From: Methanobacteriota archaeon
GTDB lineage: Archaea; Thermoplasmatota; Poseidoniia; Poseidoniales; Poseidoniaceae
Direction: 5' to 3'
Assembly (NCBI GenBank): GCA_002710015.1
Contig: PAOW01000033.1
Coordinates: 8,059 to 72,058, forward strand
Length of the DNA: 64,000 bases
Shown here: piece after piece, positions 39,365 through 49,383 of the stretch
Layout: every line of letters starts with the position of its first letter
How positions within the stretch are numbered: the stretch's first letter is position 1
The notes under the pieces: model-generated
What the model was told of the DNA's origin: nothing
Seen by the model: only the letters and a program-made list of their open reading frames with translations
Databases searched by the model: none
Program-made: the position numbers and the translations under genes

Positions 39365-40195
39365 ATGGGGAGGAGGGGTTTAGTCGCACTTTTTGCAGTA
39401 ACTATACTTTTTTCTGGACCCGCAACCAGTCATGGCATTGAAGGCGCACATTCAGAAGGTTACATCATCGACGTAATCGTTGTTGATTTAGAATGCGAGG
39501 AAAACTACACCTGTGTTTCAAGAGCTAGCAACATAATTGAATACTTTGGTGCTGATTGGTGTGACGAATGTCCAGACGTAGAGAAGACCCTTAATGAAAC
39601 ACCAAACCAGTCTGAAATTATCCTTAGCCACAGGCCATCTACTACCGACGAATTTTGGCTCCCTGCCTCACGTGAACGATTTTTAGATGTCTATGGGCTG
39701 TGGGGATATCCTACAATTGCATTGGACGGACACTATATTTTAGCTGGCCCAACCCAAGCTAAAGAATTAAATTCCCTACTTTCCAATTCCATTTCAAACT
39801 ACAGCGGTATAACCAACGCAACATTGGATAATAATTCCCTGACCTTAGAGGGGCAATTTGATAATCTTAGTATCGATGTGTGGACAGTAATATCTGATGG
39901 AAATATTACAAATCTAGCATTAAATCACACAAACTACTCACAATCAAATATTGTTAACACAGATGGAGAGAAATTAATCATTGTTTTATCAAACCCAGGA
40001 TACATTGCACTTCAATCAGGATCTTCAATACCTGCTGGAGATTATGATCCGGACGGAGGAATTTATCAAGCCGATGAAGATAAAAATCAGTTCAATGTTT
40101 CTACTGTTGTAATCATCACAATACTACTGATTATAATCTCACTTCCAGCTACATACCAACTTCTTCAAGTCATCAAAGATAATGGTAAGTCCTGA
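39365..40195 (+). CDS. Exported, membrane-anchored thioredoxin-fold (CxxC) protein
   Basis: Signal peptide, EYFGADWCDEC, cis-Pro motif GYPT, C-terminal TM helix. Confidence 0.7.
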   Translation: MGRRGLVALFAVTILFSGPATSHGIEGAHSEGYIIDVIVVDLECEENYTCVSRASNIIEYFGADWCDECPDVEKTLNETPNQSEIILSHRPSTTDEFWLPASRERFLDVYGLWGYPTIALDGHYILAGPTQAKELNSLLSNSISNYSGITNATLDNNSLTLEGQFDNLSIDVWTVISDGNITNLALNHTNYSQSNIVNTDGEKLIIVLSNPGYIALQSGSSIPAGDYDPDGGIYQADEDKNQFNVSTVVIITILLIIISLPATYQLLQVIKDNGKS

Positions 40196-40282
40196 AACCA
40201 TCGCTATCTAGTAAAATTGCGTAGGTTTCAAAAACGGGTCTATTGTCGGAGCAACAGCACAGCCTGTGTATGAGGTATACCC

Positions 40283-40537
40283 ATGGTTAAACCAAAAAAT
40301 CCCCACACTAGATTTGAAAGAGCGAGAATCATAGGCGCAAGGGCCCTACAAATTGGAATGGGAGCTCCATTAAATGCTCCTGAAGATGTATTGCGCGAAG
40401 CCTTCAAAGAAGAATTAATATCCCTATACGGACTTGAAGAAGCATCGGTTAGATTCGTTCTAGATCCTCTAAAAATCGCTATCTACGAGTATGAGAATGA
40501 ACTCATTCCAATAGATACAGACCCGCATACTGAATAA
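40283..40537 (+). CDS. rpoK: DNA-directed RNA polymerase subunit K (Rpo6)
   Basis: [27 protein letters not shown]. Confidence 0.93.
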   Translation: MVKPKNPHTRFERARIIGARALQIGMGAPLNAPEDVLREAFKEELISLYGLEEASVRFVLDPLKIAIYEYENELIPIDTDPHTE

Positions 40538-41626
40538 TCAATTGTCAGATGCATATCCGTAGAACTCCGAATTGAGAGGATTCGATATTGCATCCCTTTT
40601 GACCAACATTGTCCTAACTGCCCACAAATCTGTAAAGATACGATAATTCAATGTCATATCTAGATAGTCTACACCGCTTGAACCACCCGTTCCCATCCTC
40701 CTGCCAATCATCCTCTCTACCATTCTCGCATGATGAGATCGGAAAAGTAGCATGGCCTCTTCCATATCAACGACTGAATCAATCAGCCTTCTGGGCCACG
40801 AGAGTAAGGGCAATTCCCGGTAAGATTCGATAAATAGAAGACCCGCCCTTGGTAGTGAGACATTCCCTTCTGGCAGTAAAAAGTCGCGTGCTGATTGAAT
40901 ACTAGATTCTATCCTCGGCCTAACCTTTTCTTCAGTACCGTGCCCTATCTTAACCATGTGAGATATTACCATTTCACCATGTGATTTCATAGAACTGAGA
41001 TGACTTTCAACAAACCCTCTCATCACGTTTTCATCCCCAGAGACACCATTTACAGGAGTTCTAGATAGCCATTTTATCAGAACATCATTCAGTGAAGGCA
41101 TAGAACTAATTCTGTTTAAATCATCCATAACTGAGCTACTCAATTTGCCCTCTGCATGCAATTTCTTATTGTGCACCATAGGATCCATTCCGCCGATACG
41201 TTGTTCGGATTTGAGTCCAAGAAGCATTTCTATTGACCTTAGTTGCCAACTTTCGAAGCCAGAGGATGTTCCCAATCTATCTCTAAAAGCAAGGAAATCT
41301 TGAGGCGATAATGTTTCCATTACCTTCCACTGTGAGGCTAATAACCTAAAAATCTCTGAACACCTTTCAAGGTGGCTAACAACAACTGGAATCTGATTTT
41401 CCTCGACTTCATCAACGTCAAAAAGAGTAATTGCACATTCTAATTCTTTCATTATCTGTTTGAACCAAAGTTCAAACGCTTGATGGACTACAATAAAATG
41501 CATCTCATGGTTAGAAATTGAATTCTTAATTCCATTGTATCCATCTTGTAAAGATAACAAATCTTCCAGTCTAAGGTAATTACCATAGGTCATCCTACCC
41601 CTTGGAGATTCTCCGCTCATATACAT
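40538..41626 (-). CDS. kynA: Tryptophan 2,3-dioxygenase
   Basis: TYGNYLRL, HEMHFIVVHQAFELWFKQ, FRDRLGTSSGFES, RSHHARMVERMIG..GTGGSSGVDYL. Confidence 0.93.
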   Translation of the reverse strand: MYMSGESPRGRMTYGNYLRLEDLLSLQDGYNGIKNSISNHEMHFIVVHQAFELWFKQIMKELECAITLFDVDEVEENQIPVVVSHLERCSEIFRLLASQWKVMETLSPQDFLAFRDRLGTSSGFESWQLRSIEMLLGLKSEQRIGGMDPMVHNKKLHAEGKLSSSVMDDLNRISSMPSLNDVLIKWLSRTPVNGVSGDENVMRGFVESHLSSMKSHGEMVISHMVKIGHGTEEKVRPRIESSIQSARDFLLPEGNVSLPRAGLLFIESYRELPLLSWPRRLIDSVVDMEEAMLLFRSHHARMVERMIGRRMGTGGSSGVDYLDMTLNYRIFTDLWAVRTMLVKRDAISNPLNSEFYGYASDN

Positions 41627-41754
41627 GCGAGAGTGGGTAAGGCTTGAAACTTTGACGGATAATTTCCCTTCGTTTTTACATCAGACTAGAACAATCTATG
41701 ATTTCACAATTCTGAGTGCGTAATGGTCATTAACAAGACACTGAAGCCGTACGT

Positions 41755-42867
41755 ATGGGCGTAGACACTCAGACCCTGCGAAAATGGTTGGAATCTTACG
41801 ATACCAATAGTATAACCATTGGAGTAGTCGCATCCCATTCTTCGCTGCAAATTCTACACGGCGCAAGACAGGAAGGTTTCAGAACCTTGGGAATTGCAGT
41901 TGGAGAAAACAGAAGAAAATTCTATTCAGCATTCCCCGGTGCTGACCCAGATGAGTGGTTAATGTTAGAAAACTATCAGCAAATGCTGGATTATGCAGAA
42001 TGGTTCAGAGAAAGAAATGTCATAATAATCCCACATGGTTCACTCGTTGAATATCTCGGTAGTGAAAATTTCAAAGGTTTGGAAGTCCCTACTTTTGGTA
42101 ACAGAGGTATATTACACTGGGAAAGCAGTCGAGAGAGGCAAAGGCAGTGGCTTGCAATGGGAGGTTGCTCAATGCCGAAAGTAATCGATGACCCTCATGA
42201 CATTGACGGGCCTGTAATAGTAAAATATGCAGGTGCAAAAGGAGGTGAAGGTTACTTCATTGCCAGAGATTACCGTGATTTTAAGAGGAATGTGAATATT
42301 GAACAAGAGTTTACAATCCAAGAATACGTATTAGGTTGCAGATACTACTTGCACTTCTTTTTTGACCCAATAGCAAAAGATGGTTACCAAGTGCAGGGCA
42401 TAGGCAAAAATGCTGGTAAAAATCTTGGGCGGCTTGAGCTAATGAGTATGGATAGAAGAGATGAATCGAATGTTGATGAGTTTTACAAACTTGGAAGCTT
42501 ACGTGACTTGAGAGAAATGAGCTTAGAGCCCTCATTTGTCGTTACTGGAAATCAGCCTGTTGTTATTAGAGAAAGTTTACTTCCTCGAGCATTTGAAATG
42601 GCAGAGGGGACCGTTGCAGCATCTTTTGAGCTGGAAGAAAATTCCAGAGGTATGATAGGTTCCTTTTGCTTAGAAACAATCGTTACAGACAAACTTGAGT
42701 TCAGAGTTTTTGAAATTAGTGCAAGAATCGTAGCCGGTTCTAATCCATTCGTTGGTGGATCGCCTTACAGCGACATAAACGAGCCATTCATGTCAACGGG
42801 AAGAAGAATTGCCCGCTCAATAAAGAAGGCAGTCTCAAATAATTGCATAGAAGATATACTATCGTAA
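41755..42867 (+). CDS. purP: FAICAR synthase (5-formaminoimidazole-4-carboxamide ribonucleotide synthetase), PurP family
   Basis: ASHSSLQI, PHGSLVEY, GAKGGEGYF, FVVTGN.PVVIRESLL, FEISARIVAG, MSTGRRIA. Confidence 0.92.
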   Translation: MGVDTQTLRKWLESYDTNSITIGVVASHSSLQILHGARQEGFRTLGIAVGENRRKFYSAFPGADPDEWLMLENYQQMLDYAEWFRERNVIIIPHGSLVEYLGSENFKGLEVPTFGNRGILHWESSRERQRQWLAMGGCSMPKVIDDPHDIDGPVIVKYAGAKGGEGYFIARDYRDFKRNVNIEQEFTIQEYVLGCRYYLHFFFDPIAKDGYQVQGIGKNAGKNLGRLELMSMDRRDESNVDEFYKLGSLRDLREMSLEPSFVVTGNQPVVIRESLLPRAFEMAEGTVAASFELEENSRGMIGSFCLETIVTDKLEFRVFEISARIVAGSNPFVGGSPYSDINEPFMSTGRRIARSIKKAVSNNCIEDILS

Positions 42868-44607
42868 TCAGTCATCTAATAATTCATCTAGGATATCTGA
42901 GGATTCTGATTCATCCTCTGAACCATCCCAATCACCGCTTTCAATCGCTGCGATTCTCTCTCTAGCTTCATTTATCTTGGCTGTTCTAGATTCTGGATCC
43001 TCTAAGTTAAACTCACAGATTAGCATTATCGGATCTCCGTTAGAAATCTCACCCTCATACTCTAATATCTCTCCACCTGCGTTACAGATAACTTGGAATT
43101 TTGTCGGGTCTTTTGACCTGCGCTTCTTATGTTTCTTGTAATGATGGACATATGCTTTGTAAGTTCCACCTGGAGCCTTTGATTCAGGCCAGACAACATT
43201 TTCAACTGGCTTCTTGGTCTCAGGTCTGACATTGGCATCAACATCCAACTCGCCTCCACAGGCTGATTCGCGATTACCTCCATGAATTCTCTCACCCGAC
43301 GGACAGACAACATGTAGGTCCAAGTCATTGTAATTATTCCACAAAAGGGATATTTGGACATCAGAAGATCTTGCTCCTTCTCGCTCTAATCTCTCTTTCA
43401 GTTCCTTTAATACCTGTTCTGTTGCCTTTATCGATTCTAATTCATCGGCTTCGTTAGCAACTATTTCAGCAAGGCGCTGTTCCTCTGCTTCAGCCATCTC
43501 TTGCTGTCTTTGCTCTTCCATCTCAATTGCGAGTCTTTCTTCTTCAGCGATACGCTCAGTTTCTTCTGCTATCAATGCAGTCTCTCTTTCTTCATCTGTC
43601 CCTCTTTCTTCAGGAGGTTCTAACTCGAATTCACATACTAGTAAAATCGGGTCTCCAGCCGATAGTTCTCCCTCGTAATGTTTGATTTCTCCGCCAGAGT
43701 TGACCACTACACGGAATTGTGTTGGATCTTTTGACCTGCGCTTCTTGTGTTTTTTGTAATGATGAACATAAACCTTGTAGTTGCCAGGAGGGGCTTTAAA
43801 ATCGGGCCACACAATATTTTCCACTGGCTTTTTAGTTTCAGGCCTTACATTAGCATCAACATCTAACTCTCCACCACATTCAGAAGTCTTGTTACCTCCA
43901 TGTATCCTCTCACCAGAAGGGCATAGAACGTGTAAGTCAAGATCGTTGTAGTTGTCCCACATGAGCGAGACTTGAACCTCGGAAGTTTTCGCTCCTTCCC
44001 TATCAAGTCTCTCTTCTAATTCCTGCTCTGCCTGCTCACTGGCCATTTGTGCTTCAAGCGCCTCAGATTCTTTCAACGCTTCAATCTCGGATTTCCTAGC
44101 TTCCTCTTCTTCTGCTAATTCCTGTTGCCTTTCAGCCTCTCGTTCCTCAGCAAGTCGCTTTTCCTCTGCGAGTCTTTCAGCTTCTCGTTCCTCAGCAAGC
44201 CGTCTTGCTTCATCTAACTCCGCTTGTCTCGCAGCTTCATATTCAGCCTTCTTTCTAGCTTCTTCAGCCTCTATCTCAGCAACTCTAGCTTCTTCTTCAG
44301 CAATCAATTTCTTTGCGGCTCTGTCAGCTAAATCTTTTCTTGCTTGTTCCTCTGCCAGAAGAATCGCCCTTTCATCTCTACGCTTGGATTCAAGGTGCCT
44401 CTCTACCTGAGCTAACTTCTTGTCAAACTCGTTATGAGCCTGCCTGAAATCAGGCGCACCTCTACGTGTCAAATCTTGCCTGTGAATAGTCATTGTTCGA
44501 GAGCTTTGATCGTCCTCTCTCACAAGCATGAACCAAATACCAAATAGAAAAGCACCGCCTAAAAAGCCGATAATCAGCCAAGAGGTCAGGTCCATGAGAC
44601 AAGCCAA
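42868..44607 (-). CDS. Membrane-anchored coiled-coil protein with two YfaP/DUF2135-like domains
   Basis: N-terminal TM helix, E/R/A-rich helices, duplicated SL.W.NYNDLDLHV.CPSGE...LDVDAN...PVEN..WP...G.YK.YVH. Confidence 0.75.
   Translation of the reverse strand: MACLMDLTSWLIIGFLGGAFLFGIWFMLVREDDQSSRTMTIHRQDLTRRGAPDFRQAHNEFDKKLAQVERHLESKRRDERAILLAEEQARKDLADRAAKKLIAEEEARVAEIEAEEARKKAEYEAARQAELDEARRLAEEREAERLAEEKRLAEEREAERQQELAEEEEARKSEIEALKESEALEAQMASEQAEQELEERLDREGAKTSEVQVSLMWDNYNDLDLHVLCPSGERIHGGNKTSECGGELDVDANVRPETKKPVENIVWPDFKAPPGNYKVYVHHYKKHKKRRSKDPTQFRVVVNSGGEIKHYEGELSAGDPILLVCEFELEPPEERGTDEERETALIAEETERIAEEERLAIEMEEQRQQEMAEAEEQRLAEIVANEADELESIKATEQVLKELKERLEREGARSSDVQISLLWNNYNDLDLHVVCPSGERIHGGNRESACGGELDVDANVRPETKKPVENVVWPESKAPGGTYKAYVHHYKKHKKRRSKDPTKFQVICNAGGEILEYEGEISNGDPIMLICEFNLEDPESRTAKINEARERIAAIESGDWDGSEDESESSDILDELLDD
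43003..44019 (-). repeat. Intragenic duplication of a 399-bp domain (43003-43401 and 43621-44019)
   Basis: Two collinear, gap-free 133-aa units sharing long identical stretches (CPSGERIHGGN, CGGELDVDANVRPETKKPVEN, YVHHYKKHKKRRSKDPT). Confidence 0.9.
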
Positions 44608-44664
44608 TGCTAACAGGAACTTATTACCATCGCTGAAAAAATCAAAAAATTCATGCAGAATTAC

Positions 44665-47103
44665 CTAATTTGAGAGGTCCTTAACCTTCTCTACCAAATC
44701 CATGTTGCGCAATCTCCAGATACCGATTGGAGTCATCGCAACTGCGATTATCAATACACCAAATAATAGTTCAAATGCTACACTATCGACCAACAAAACT
44801 GGGAAGTAAAATTGCCAAGAAGAAAACGATGCTGCCAAGCCGACTGCACCAAGATAGGCGAACAGAACCCCTATCAATCCACCAATTATACCGATTAGCA
44901 CGCTTTCAAACAATAGCATGATACCAAGTCTGGTTGTCGATGCTCCTAACACTCTCAAAGTCGCCAATTCGAAATCTCTCTCAGCTACATTCATTATCAT
45001 CGTGTTTAGCATAACTGCAATAGTAAACAGCAATCCTAGATACATAATTGCTTGGAACAAATCGGTTTGTTTTTCAATCAAAGATTCAACCCCATTTAGT
45101 AGGGTTACTCTTTCGACAATACCTACTGATATCTCGCCCAAACTGAAGTCAACCTCAACTCCATCAGGCATCATAATGTAGACAGAGGTTGCATTAACAC
45201 CAGTAATTTGAGTTAAATCCTCTCTATCAAAATACATAGTTCTGGATAATTCTCCACGTGTTATTCCTACGATTTTTACCTCTGATTCCTCTCCGTTGAG
45301 TGTAACTAGTCTAGTTTCACCTATTTCCCACCCAAGGAATTTCATCGCACCTTCGTCCATCAATACTTGCAATTCATTATCTGATTTTTCAGGTAAATCA
45401 CCACTTAGTAGGTTTACAGAACGCATTTTAGAACTGAAATCACTCAGGCCCACCATTGTGAAAATTCGGGCTACACCGCTAGAATCTTCGACCGAGCCGA
45501 GGGGCATTTCTATTACCAATTCCCACTCACAAGAATTACCTTCTGCCCAATCTACAACTGCGCCCTCACTACCTGGATTCACGTAAACTTGTGCATCCCA
45601 ATTTTGATCATCCTCAATACTAGATACTAGCGTATTCTCAAACCCTGCGGATATCATTTGTATAGACCCAAATAGCATTAGGGAAATTCCAACAGCTAGG
45701 AACGTCATTGTCAGCCTGATTGGCTTCCTGACACTTGATCTCACTGAGAGGCTTAGCGTTGTGGGTAGCCAAGAAGTTATTTTCTTAATTATATTCGAAC
45801 CAATTTTTACTTCATTTTGGCCACTCAAAACTTCCAGCGGATCTATTCGGCTAGCTTTCAATGCTGGAAATGCACCTGAAAAGAAAACTACTGCCATAGT
45901 TAGAGATACGACTGTTGTATATGTCGTAAGGGGGATGTCACGTTTTATTATTGGAACTCCAACAATATCTTGATACAAATCAAGCATCCAATTAGCTCCA
46001 TATGGACCTAAAAGACAACCGATTAGACATCCGATTCCGCCTATAATTACTGGAGCAATCATATAACCTTGAAGTAATGATTTCCTAGAAACACCCAAAG
46101 TTCTCAACACTGCAATTTCTCTTGCTTGGCTTTGTACTAATCTTTGGAGGCTCAGAATAATTGTTATAGAGGCAATAGCAGCAATCATCAGAGTAAATGG
46201 AACAGTAGTTCTTTTTGCACCTTCAAGGTCTTGACGCATTACTTCGACGGCCTCATATTGGCCTCTGTCTCTGACTCTAGCATCAAGATTCTCAACTTCG
46301 AGGACATCCTCAACAATTTGCTTTACTCGATCGATTTCATCTCCTTCGTACTCCTCAGTATCAGGCAAATCGTAACTCGGTTTTCCTTCGACATCAAGCA
46401 TTATTGTATTACTTGACCCAACTGTATTACCAGTAAGTCTTTCCATACCCAAATCGGACAAATATCCAACCACATAATCTCCTTCTTCTGGAGGAAAGAA
46501 AGTCCCTTCAGGAGCCATTAATATGTGAAGTGGGTGAAAGCCAATACCAACAATTTCAAATTCTGCTGAAGAATTTCCAGCACCAATTAATATCATATCA
46601 CCCAGGTCAAGATCCAAGGCTTCAGTAACATGAGCATCTATAACAATCTCATCTGAATTGCTCGCCAATCTACCTTTGGAATGTTTATCAGGCATCCAAA
46701 CGGTGTCGACATTTGCACCCACCGGTATACCATGCCACAATGAATTTATTGTCACACTCCCTGTATCTGTTGATTGAAACATTGCGCCTTTAACAATTGA
46801 TCTGCCTTCACAGTGATCTAAATTTGAGGTCAAGTTCCACCTTTCATTCAATTCAGAACAAAAGGACTCAACCTGCTCTGAAGTCCACATTATGCTACCA
46901 TTATCAATCCACAAGTCTGCAAGATTTGCCCCTTCTTCATCGTCACCATGCATAGTTGAATACATATTGTCAAGATTATGTGAATACCCACCAAACGTTA
47001 TTCCTGCAAAAACACCAACTGAGACCATGAAAACTACTGCTAGAAGCCTTAACTTCGTGCGCCATAGGCTTCTCATCAATCTCTTGTTTAACAGTGCAGA
47101 CAA
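44665..47103 (-). CDS. ABC transporter permease, FtsX/MacB (type VII) family with duplicated repeat
   Basis: REIAVLRTLG and ERDFELATLRVLG motifs; two large extracytoplasmic loops. Confidence 0.9.
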   Translation of the reverse strand: MSALLNKRLMRSLWRTKLRLLAVVFMVSVGVFAGITFGGYSHNLDNMYSTMHGDDEEGANLADLWIDNGSIMWTSEQVESFCSELNERWNLTSNLDHCEGRSIVKGAMFQSTDTGSVTINSLWHGIPVGANVDTVWMPDKHSKGRLASNSDEIVIDAHVTEALDLDLGDMILIGAGNSSAEFEIVGIGFHPLHILMAPEGTFFPPEEGDYVVGYLSDLGMERLTGNTVGSSNTIMLDVEGKPSYDLPDTEEYEGDEIDRVKQIVEDVLEVENLDARVRDRGQYEAVEVMRQDLEGAKRTTVPFTLMIAAIASITIILSLQRLVQSQAREIAVLRTLGVSRKSLLQGYMIAPVIIGGIGCLIGCLLGPYGANWMLDLYQDIVGVPIIKRDIPLTTYTTVVSLTMAVVFFSGAFPALKASRIDPLEVLSGQNEVKIGSNIIKKITSWLPTTLSLSVRSSVRKPIRLTMTFLAVGISLMLFGSIQMISAGFENTLVSSIEDDQNWDAQVYVNPGSEGAVVDWAEGNSCEWELVIEMPLGSVEDSSGVARIFTMVGLSDFSSKMRSVNLLSGDLPEKSDNELQVLMDEGAMKFLGWEIGETRLVTLNGEESEVKIVGITRGELSRTMYFDREDLTQITGVNATSVYIMMPDGVEVDFSLGEISVGIVERVTLLNGVESLIEKQTDLFQAIMYLGLLFTIAVMLNTMIMNVAERDFELATLRVLGASTTRLGIMLLFESVLIGIIGGLIGVLFAYLGAVGLAASFSSWQFYFPVLLVDSVAFELLFGVLIIAVAMTPIGIWRLRNMDLVEKVKDLSN

Positions 47104-47140
47104 CTATATCACTCACTTCATACTGATTTTGTGTTTCAAA

Positions 47141-47827
47141 TTACTCAGGATTTTCAACGACAGTGTCTGAAATTATTTTTCCACTATCAACTCTAATTAC
47201 TCTGGTAGAATATTTTACTAAGCTCTCATCATGAGTTACAAATACCGATGTGATTTTTTCTTTTTCACAAGCCTTGACTAATGCTTCCATAACTTTTGTA
47301 CTGGTCAAAGTATCCAAATTTCCAGTCAATTCATCTCCAAGAAGTAGATTGGGCTTTTTTGCGATACTTCTTGCTATTGCAACTCGCTGCTGTTGACCTC
47401 CACTAATTTCACCTGGAAATCTATCGACTTCGTTACTCAATCCAACTAAATCAAGTAGGTCTCTTGCTCGTTGTTCGTCTTTTTTGCCAGATAATTCTTG
47501 AATTAGAAGTATATTTTCAAGAACCGTTAAATCTTGTAATAGATTAAAAAATTGAAAAACATAACCGATATTTTCTCTCCTAAAGGAAGTCATCCTCTCA
47601 GAGTGGTTCCTTGGAACTTCAATACCATTAAACGTGTATTGTCCAGAAGTCGGACTGTCCAATCCTGATAAGCAGTTCAGCAACGTAGTTTTTCCTGAAC
47701 CGGATGGACCAAGCAACAAAACTCTCTCTCCTTTTTCTATTGAAATATCAACTCCATCCAATGCTTTTACAACACCTGATGCCATCTCATAATGCCTTTT
47801 TATGTCCTCCATCTCAATCATAGGCAT
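47141..47827 (-). CDS. ABC transporter ATP-binding protein, LolD/MacB-like
   Basis: GPSGSGKT, IGYVFQFFNL, ISGGQQQRVAIAR, DELTGNLD, VTHD. Confidence 0.95.
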   Translation of the reverse strand: MPMIEMEDIKRHYEMASGVVKALDGVDISIEKGERVLLLGPSGSGKTTLLNCLSGLDSPTSGQYTFNGIEVPRNHSERMTSFRRENIGYVFQFFNLLQDLTVLENILLIQELSGKKDEQRARDLLDLVGLSNEVDRFPGEISGGQQQRVAIARSIAKKPNLLLGDELTGNLDTLTSTKVMEALVKACEKEKITSVFVTHDESLVKYSTRVIRVDSGKIISDTVVENPE

Positions 47828-47913
47828 GCTATCAGATAACCTAAATGGGGGAGGTATAATTTATTTGTTAATTTAAGGCCATTATTCATAAACGAGATTG
47901 ACGAGGAGAAAAT

Positions 47914-48573
47914 GTGCGAGAAGTTCAACTCAAGTGGAACCCGAGTTCGGTTGATATTTCAGATATATCCGAAATTACACTAGTAACATCCCTGTTCGAA
48001 GTTGTTGCTCATTTGGAAGTAACCAAGGAAGGAGTAAGACAACTGGTGAAAATAAAATTCAAGCCAGACAAAGGCCCAGACAACCTAAATCAAATCGCTT
48101 ACCTTGAAGTTGAGGGACCTTTGAATCCTTACCCTATGCCTATCCAAGGGGGTGAAGGATACGTCGTGGTATGGAACAGACACCCCCTTTCTGTTGCTGC
48201 AATAAACTTCGACAGTTTACACGTAATCCCTCCGTATGTGATTGATGAAAATGGAGTCCAGATAACAATTCGAGGATTACCCGAGGGTGTGAGTGGATTC
48301 TTAAAAGCCGCCAGGAGTATATTTCCACCAGATAACGTAAAAGTTGTTGATGTAGAGGAAATTGAAGACAGCGTTCTGAAGATACTTACTCCCAAACAAT
48401 TAGAAATCGCTGTCATCGCAGTTCAGTCGGGCTATTACCAAAATCCAAGAAAAATTAGCAAGAAAGAACTCTCAGAACTTTCAAACATACCGCGTTCCAC
48501 GCTTCAAGAACATCTCGCAAAAGCCGAGGCTGCTCTTATGGAATGGGTTGTAAAAGTACACAACTCCAAGTAG
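47914..48573 (+). CDS. Transcriptional regulator with C-terminal Bat-type (HTH_10) domain
   Basis: LTPKQ..A...GYY..PRKIS..EL......RSTL.EHL.KAE; GAGGAG RBS before GTG; divergent from the ABC exporter. Confidence 0.85.
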   Translation: MREVQLKWNPSSVDISDISEITLVTSLFEVVAHLEVTKEGVRQLVKIKFKPDKGPDNLNQIAYLEVEGPLNPYPMPIQGGEGYVVVWNRHPLSVAAINFDSLHVIPPYVIDENGVQITIRGLPEGVSGFLKAARSIFPPDNVKVVDVEEIEDSVLKILTPKQLEIAVIAVQSGYYQNPRKISKKELSELSNIPRSTLQEHLAKAEAALMEWVVKVHNSK

Positions 48574-48608
48574 TAACCCTTTCTTATAACTCACGTCTAG
48601 GGTTAAAC

Positions 48609-49379
48609 ATGAGGGACATTGACTCTATACTGCCGAACGGCAAAGGAGTTTGGATACCAATTGACCACGCTGTATCGGATTACCCTGTGAACGGACTGGA
48701 AAATCTAGACAAACTGATGGATAAAATCTCCAAGGCAAACGCCATAATCGCACAAAAGGGTGTAATTTCACATTACAACAGAGACGAATTGAATTTAGTC
48801 GCACATCTATCCGCATCAACTCGTCATGCTGGAAATAGAGAATCTGAAAAGGTAATCGTCGGTACAGCCAAAGAAGCAGTTGAAAGAGGTGCAAAGGGCG
48901 TTAGTGTGCAGGTAAATCTTGGTAGCCCTTTCGAACCTGAGATGATTGAGAGATTAGGATTTATCACGGCTGACGCACACGAATTGGGAATCCCAACTCT
49001 TGGTATGATTTATCCAAGAGGCGAGAATCTAAGCATTATTGACGGAGACGACACCAAGGGTGCTGCTCATGCAGCAAGACTGGCATTTGAGCTTGGATGT
49101 AATGTTGTAAAGACAATATGGACTGGATCGGAGGAATCATTCAGGAAAGTAACTGAATCTGTTCCAATTCCTGTTTTGATAGCAGGTGGCCCTAGTGGCT
49201 CTAGCACGGAGGAAATTCTAACAATTGTTTATGATTCAATACAAGCAGGCGGTTCAGGAGTATGTATGGGAAGACAGGTGTTCTCTCACCAATATCCGGA
49301 TAGAATGGTAAATGCCTTGCTGATGATTGTGCATGAAGGGGCTACTGTTAGTCAAGCTATAACAAATTCAGGATTGTGA
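48609..49379 (+). CDS. aroA': 2-amino-3,7-dideoxy-D-threo-hept-6-ulosonate synthase (DhnA-type class I aldolase)
   Basis: IPIDH, YPRG, HAARLAFELG..VVKT (Schiff-base Lys), PVLIAGG, MGRQVF; adjacent to DHQ synthase II. Confidence 0.82.
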   Translation: MRDIDSILPNGKGVWIPIDHAVSDYPVNGLENLDKLMDKISKANAIIAQKGVISHYNRDELNLVAHLSASTRHAGNRESEKVIVGTAKEAVERGAKGVSVQVNLGSPFEPEMIERLGFITADAHELGIPTLGMIYPRGENLSIIDGDDTKGAAHAARLAFELGCNVVKTIWTGSEESFRKVTESVPIPVLIAGGPSGSSTEEILTIVYDSIQAGGSGVCMGRQVFSHQYPDRMVNALLMIVHEGATVSQAITNSGL

Positions 49380-49383
49380 ATTT

